Positions 61,552 through 64,000 of a DNA stretch of 64,000 bases are shown piece after piece. Source of the stretch: Chamaesiphon sp. (GTDB lineage Bacteria > Cyanobacteriota > Cyanobacteriia > Cyanobacteriales > Chamaesiphonaceae); assembly GCA_965246715.1 (NCBI GenBank), contig CBDFFH010000037.1:1-64000 (forward strand), in the 5' to 3' direction. Each line of letters opens with the position of its first letter. The first letter of the stretch is position 1. The notes under the pieces are model-generated. The model worked only from the letters and a program-made list of their open reading frames with translations. It made no database searches and had not been told where the DNA came from. The translations under genes and the position numbers were made by a program.

Positions 61552-64000
61552 CTATCGTCGGTTTTGCACGGGAGAATCGACTGCGCCTAAAGCCTTCAGT
61601 GTTGCCTTCTGTGCATCCGTAATGCCTGTGATGCCAGCAATATTCATGCCTTCATAAGGTCGTGGCGATCGCAGGATTTGGACGCATTCACCCGTAGCGA
61701 TATCCCAAATCCGAATGGTGGCATCAGCACTAGAACTGGCTAGCAACTGCCGATTGGGACTATCGATGCCAGATTGGGGGATGAAAGCTACCGAAAATAC
61801 CCCACTTTCATGACCTTCTAATACTTGCAGACATTGACCCGTATGGAAATCCCAAAGTCTGATGGTGCGATCGAAGCTACCACTGGCTAGCAATCGACCA
61901 TCTGGACTAAAAGCCACCGACCAAACAAAGTGGGTATGACCGAGTAAAGTTTGCAAACAGGCACCTGTAGCTACGTCCCACAGTCCCACCGCGCGCTCGA
62001 TACTCCCGCTGGCTAAAATATCGCCACTGGGATTAAACGCGATCGCACAAATCGATTGCCCCACCTGCCAAGTCCGCAGACATTCACCTGTCTGAAGATC
62101 CCAAAAGTTAATCGTCCGATCGAAACCAGCACTAACCAGAATATCTAGCTGGGAGCTAAAGACTACAGACATCACCCAGTGTAGATGCCCTGTCAAAATC
62201 TGAAGACATTCACCCGTCTGGGTACTCCAAATTCTAATCGTGCGATCGGTACTGCCACTGGCAAGCATTCGACCGTCCCCGCTGAAGGCCACCGACCAGA
62301 CTTCGTTGGTATGACCAGATAAGTTGCAGTCACATCGACCATCCTGGACGCTCCAGAGTTTAATCGTCGGATCGGCACTACCACCGCCGCCAGCTAAAGA
62401 TTTGCCATCTGGACTGACGGCGATGGCTCTAATCGCATCGGTATGACCTTTAAAGCTGGTAAATTCGCCAGTGTCGATTCGCCAGAGTCGCACGAGTCGA
62501 TCGAAGTACCCACCAGCCAGCAGTACGGGCGAATTAGCAAGATTTGGTGCGGACGCGGGCACTAGAGCGATCGAAAACAGGGTATTTGAGTAGCCCTGAA
62601 TAACTTTGAGACAATGACCAGACGCTAGATTCCAGAGTCGGATCGTCCGGTCTTCACCGCCGCTGGCAACGATCTGATTGTGGGGGTCGAAAGCCATTGC
62701 CCAGATCCACTTCTCATGACCGATTAGGGTCTTGACGCGCTCCCCAGATCGAACATCCCACACCCCGATCGTCCGATCTTTGCTGCTGCTGATGAGCATT
62801 CGACCATCGTGACTAAAGGCGATCGATCGCAATTCATCTGTGTGCCCGACAAAAGTGTGCAAACATTCCCCAGTGGCTAGATCCCAAAGTTTGACTGTAG
62901 TATCATCGCTACCGCTAGCGAGCAGGCGACCGTCGGGACTAAAAGCTACAGACCAAATCCAGCCTTGATGACCCGCAAAGGTTTGCCAGTAGGTGCCATT
63001 GCTGCCATCTTGAAGGTGCCAAAGTTGAATCGTGCAATCGGCACCACCACTAGCAATAACGCGACTGTCAGGACTGAATGCTACCGACTTGAGATCGTGG
63101 GCTGGATTAGATTGATGCTGAAGACTAGTCAAACACTCTCCGCTATTGACATCCCACAGTTTGAGAGTGCAATCGTCGCTGCCACTAGCCAAGATCTGGC
63201 CATCTGGGCTAAATGCCACTGAATAGACCCCCTGGGTATGTTCGGCGAGCGTCTTTAAGCATTCACCAGTACTGAGATCCCACAACTTAACGGTGCAGTC
63301 AAAACTGCCGCTAGCTAGCAGCGGACGAACGGGATGATACGTAACCGCTTGTACCCAGTTGGTATGACCTTTTAAGATCGACTGGAGTTGGTGAGTGTGC
63401 GTTTCCCACAACCGAATATCGCCGTTGAAATCTCCACAAGCGAGACAGTTGCCATCGGGACTAAAGGCTAGTGAGTGAATACTGCCAAAGGTTTCGGTGA
63501 AGACTGACTTTGCCACATCGGTATCGGCAAAATTAATGTCGTGTAAATCCACATTTAGCAGATAGGCTTGCCAAATGCACAAACCGGAAAAATCATAACC
63601 ACTCAAATCAATCGCTAAATGATGGCAAAGGTTAATTAAATTACCACCTGCATAACCGCAAGTGTCGGTAAATTCCGCTCGCAATTTCGCCAGTAATCGA
63701 TTGTCTTGCAGACAGGCTCCGCCAACGAGTTGGTTTTTAATCTCTAGTTTCGATCGCAATTTACCTAGTAGTCGATCGACTAATGGGGCTAAAATCATCC
63801 GCCCTTGGCTCTCGCGAATATAATCTCTAGTCTGAGCCTGCATCAGCGTATGGCTATTGAGAATCTCTACGTCTAAACTAGTAATTTCTTCACATATTCG
63901 ATCGATGAATTTGGCGGTGACATACTCCATTACCACGGGTTGGAGGGTAAAACATCCAGAACTTTTTTCAATCAGGCTTTGCCGATCTAACGATTGTAAT
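61552..64000 (-). CDS. WD40-repeat protein (C-terminal part, probably NB-ARC/NACHT-WD40)
   Basis: [16 protein letters not shown], ~14 GH..WD repeats and RPYEGMNI tail; continues beyond the window. Confidence 0.9.
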   Translation of the reverse strand, partial: LQSLDRQSLIEKSSGCFTLQPVVMEYVTAKFIDRICEEITSLDVEILNSHTLMQAQTRDYIRESQGRMILAPLVDRLLGKLRSKLEIKNQLVGGACLQDNRLLAKLRAEFTDTCGYAGGNLINLCHHLAIDLSGYDFSGLCIWQAYLLNVDLHDINFADTDVAKSVFTETFGSIHSLAFSPDGNCLACGDFNGDIRLWETHTHQLQSILKGHTNWVQAVTYHPVRPLLASGSFDCTVKLWDLSTGECLKTLAEHTQGVYSVAFSPDGQILASGSDDCTLKLWDVNSGECLTSLQHQSNPAHDLKSVAFSPDSRVIASGGADCTIQLWHLQDGSNGTYWQTFAGHQGWIWSVAFSPDGRLLASGSDDTTVKLWDLATGECLHTFVGHTDELRSIAFSHDGRMLISSSKDRTIGVWDVRSGERVKTLIGHEKWIWAMAFDPHNQIVASGGEDRTIRLWNLASGHCLKVIQGYSNTLFSIALVPASAPNLANSPVLLAGGYFDRLVRLWRIDTGEFTSFKGHTDAIRAIAVSPDGKSLAGGGGSADPTIKLWSVQDGRCDCNLSGHTNEVWSVAFSGDGRMLASGSTDRTIRIWSTQTGECLQILTGHLHWVMSVVFSSQLDILVSAGFDRTINFWDLQTGECLRTWQVGQSICAIAFNPSGDILASGSIERAVGLWDVATGACLQTLLGHTHFVWSVAFSPDGRLLASGSFDRTIRLWDFHTGQCLQVLEGHESGVFSVAFIPQSGIDSPNRQLLASSSADATIRIWDIATGECVQILRSPRPYEGMNIAGITGITDAQKATLKALGAVDSPVQNRR
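63702..63725 (+). mobile_element. 24-nt micro-element, in frame and antisense in the WD40 gene
   Basis: TCGAT-TGTCTTGCAGACAGGCTCCGCCAA-CGA; removal gives NQLDRLL. Confidence 0.9.

Noticed and set aside
62..63222. Numerous short overlapping or antisense ORFs in the track
   Set aside because: They overlap well-supported genes and lack motifs.

Overview
Cyanobacterial accessory DNA. The HIP1 core CGATCG is very dense and often has non-GC flanks, which suggests a Chamaesiphon-like host (inference). Bases 1-48 kb form a detoxification/stress gene island: GNATs, GSTs, VOC proteins, SDRs, SAM methyltransferases, a P450, a Rieske oxygenase, a glycosyltransferase, a Vat-type acetyltransferase, an orphan LanC-like gene, LysR/MocR/TetR/AraC regulators and two toxin-antitoxin pairs. 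Three intact IS elements (IS4, ISAs1, ISL3) and many pseudogenes interrupt it. Bases 48-60 kb resemble a decayed plasmid/integrative-element backbone: type IA topoisomerase, a tRNA-Val 3' fragment beside a truncated tyrosine integrase, and CHAT, IS and AAA relics. The window ends in a WD40-repeat gene. Two non-coding systems stand out. (1) Integron-type gene cassettes with attC sites but no integron integrase in the window, headed at two separate loci by a conserved, unusual array of 23-bp palindromes ending in AATAATA-GTT (candidate attI-like site). (2) A family of 22/24-nt double-hairpin micro-elements inserted precisely at CGAT^CG (7 loci, one triply nested). The 22-mers frameshift genes and the 24-mers add 8 residues in frame.
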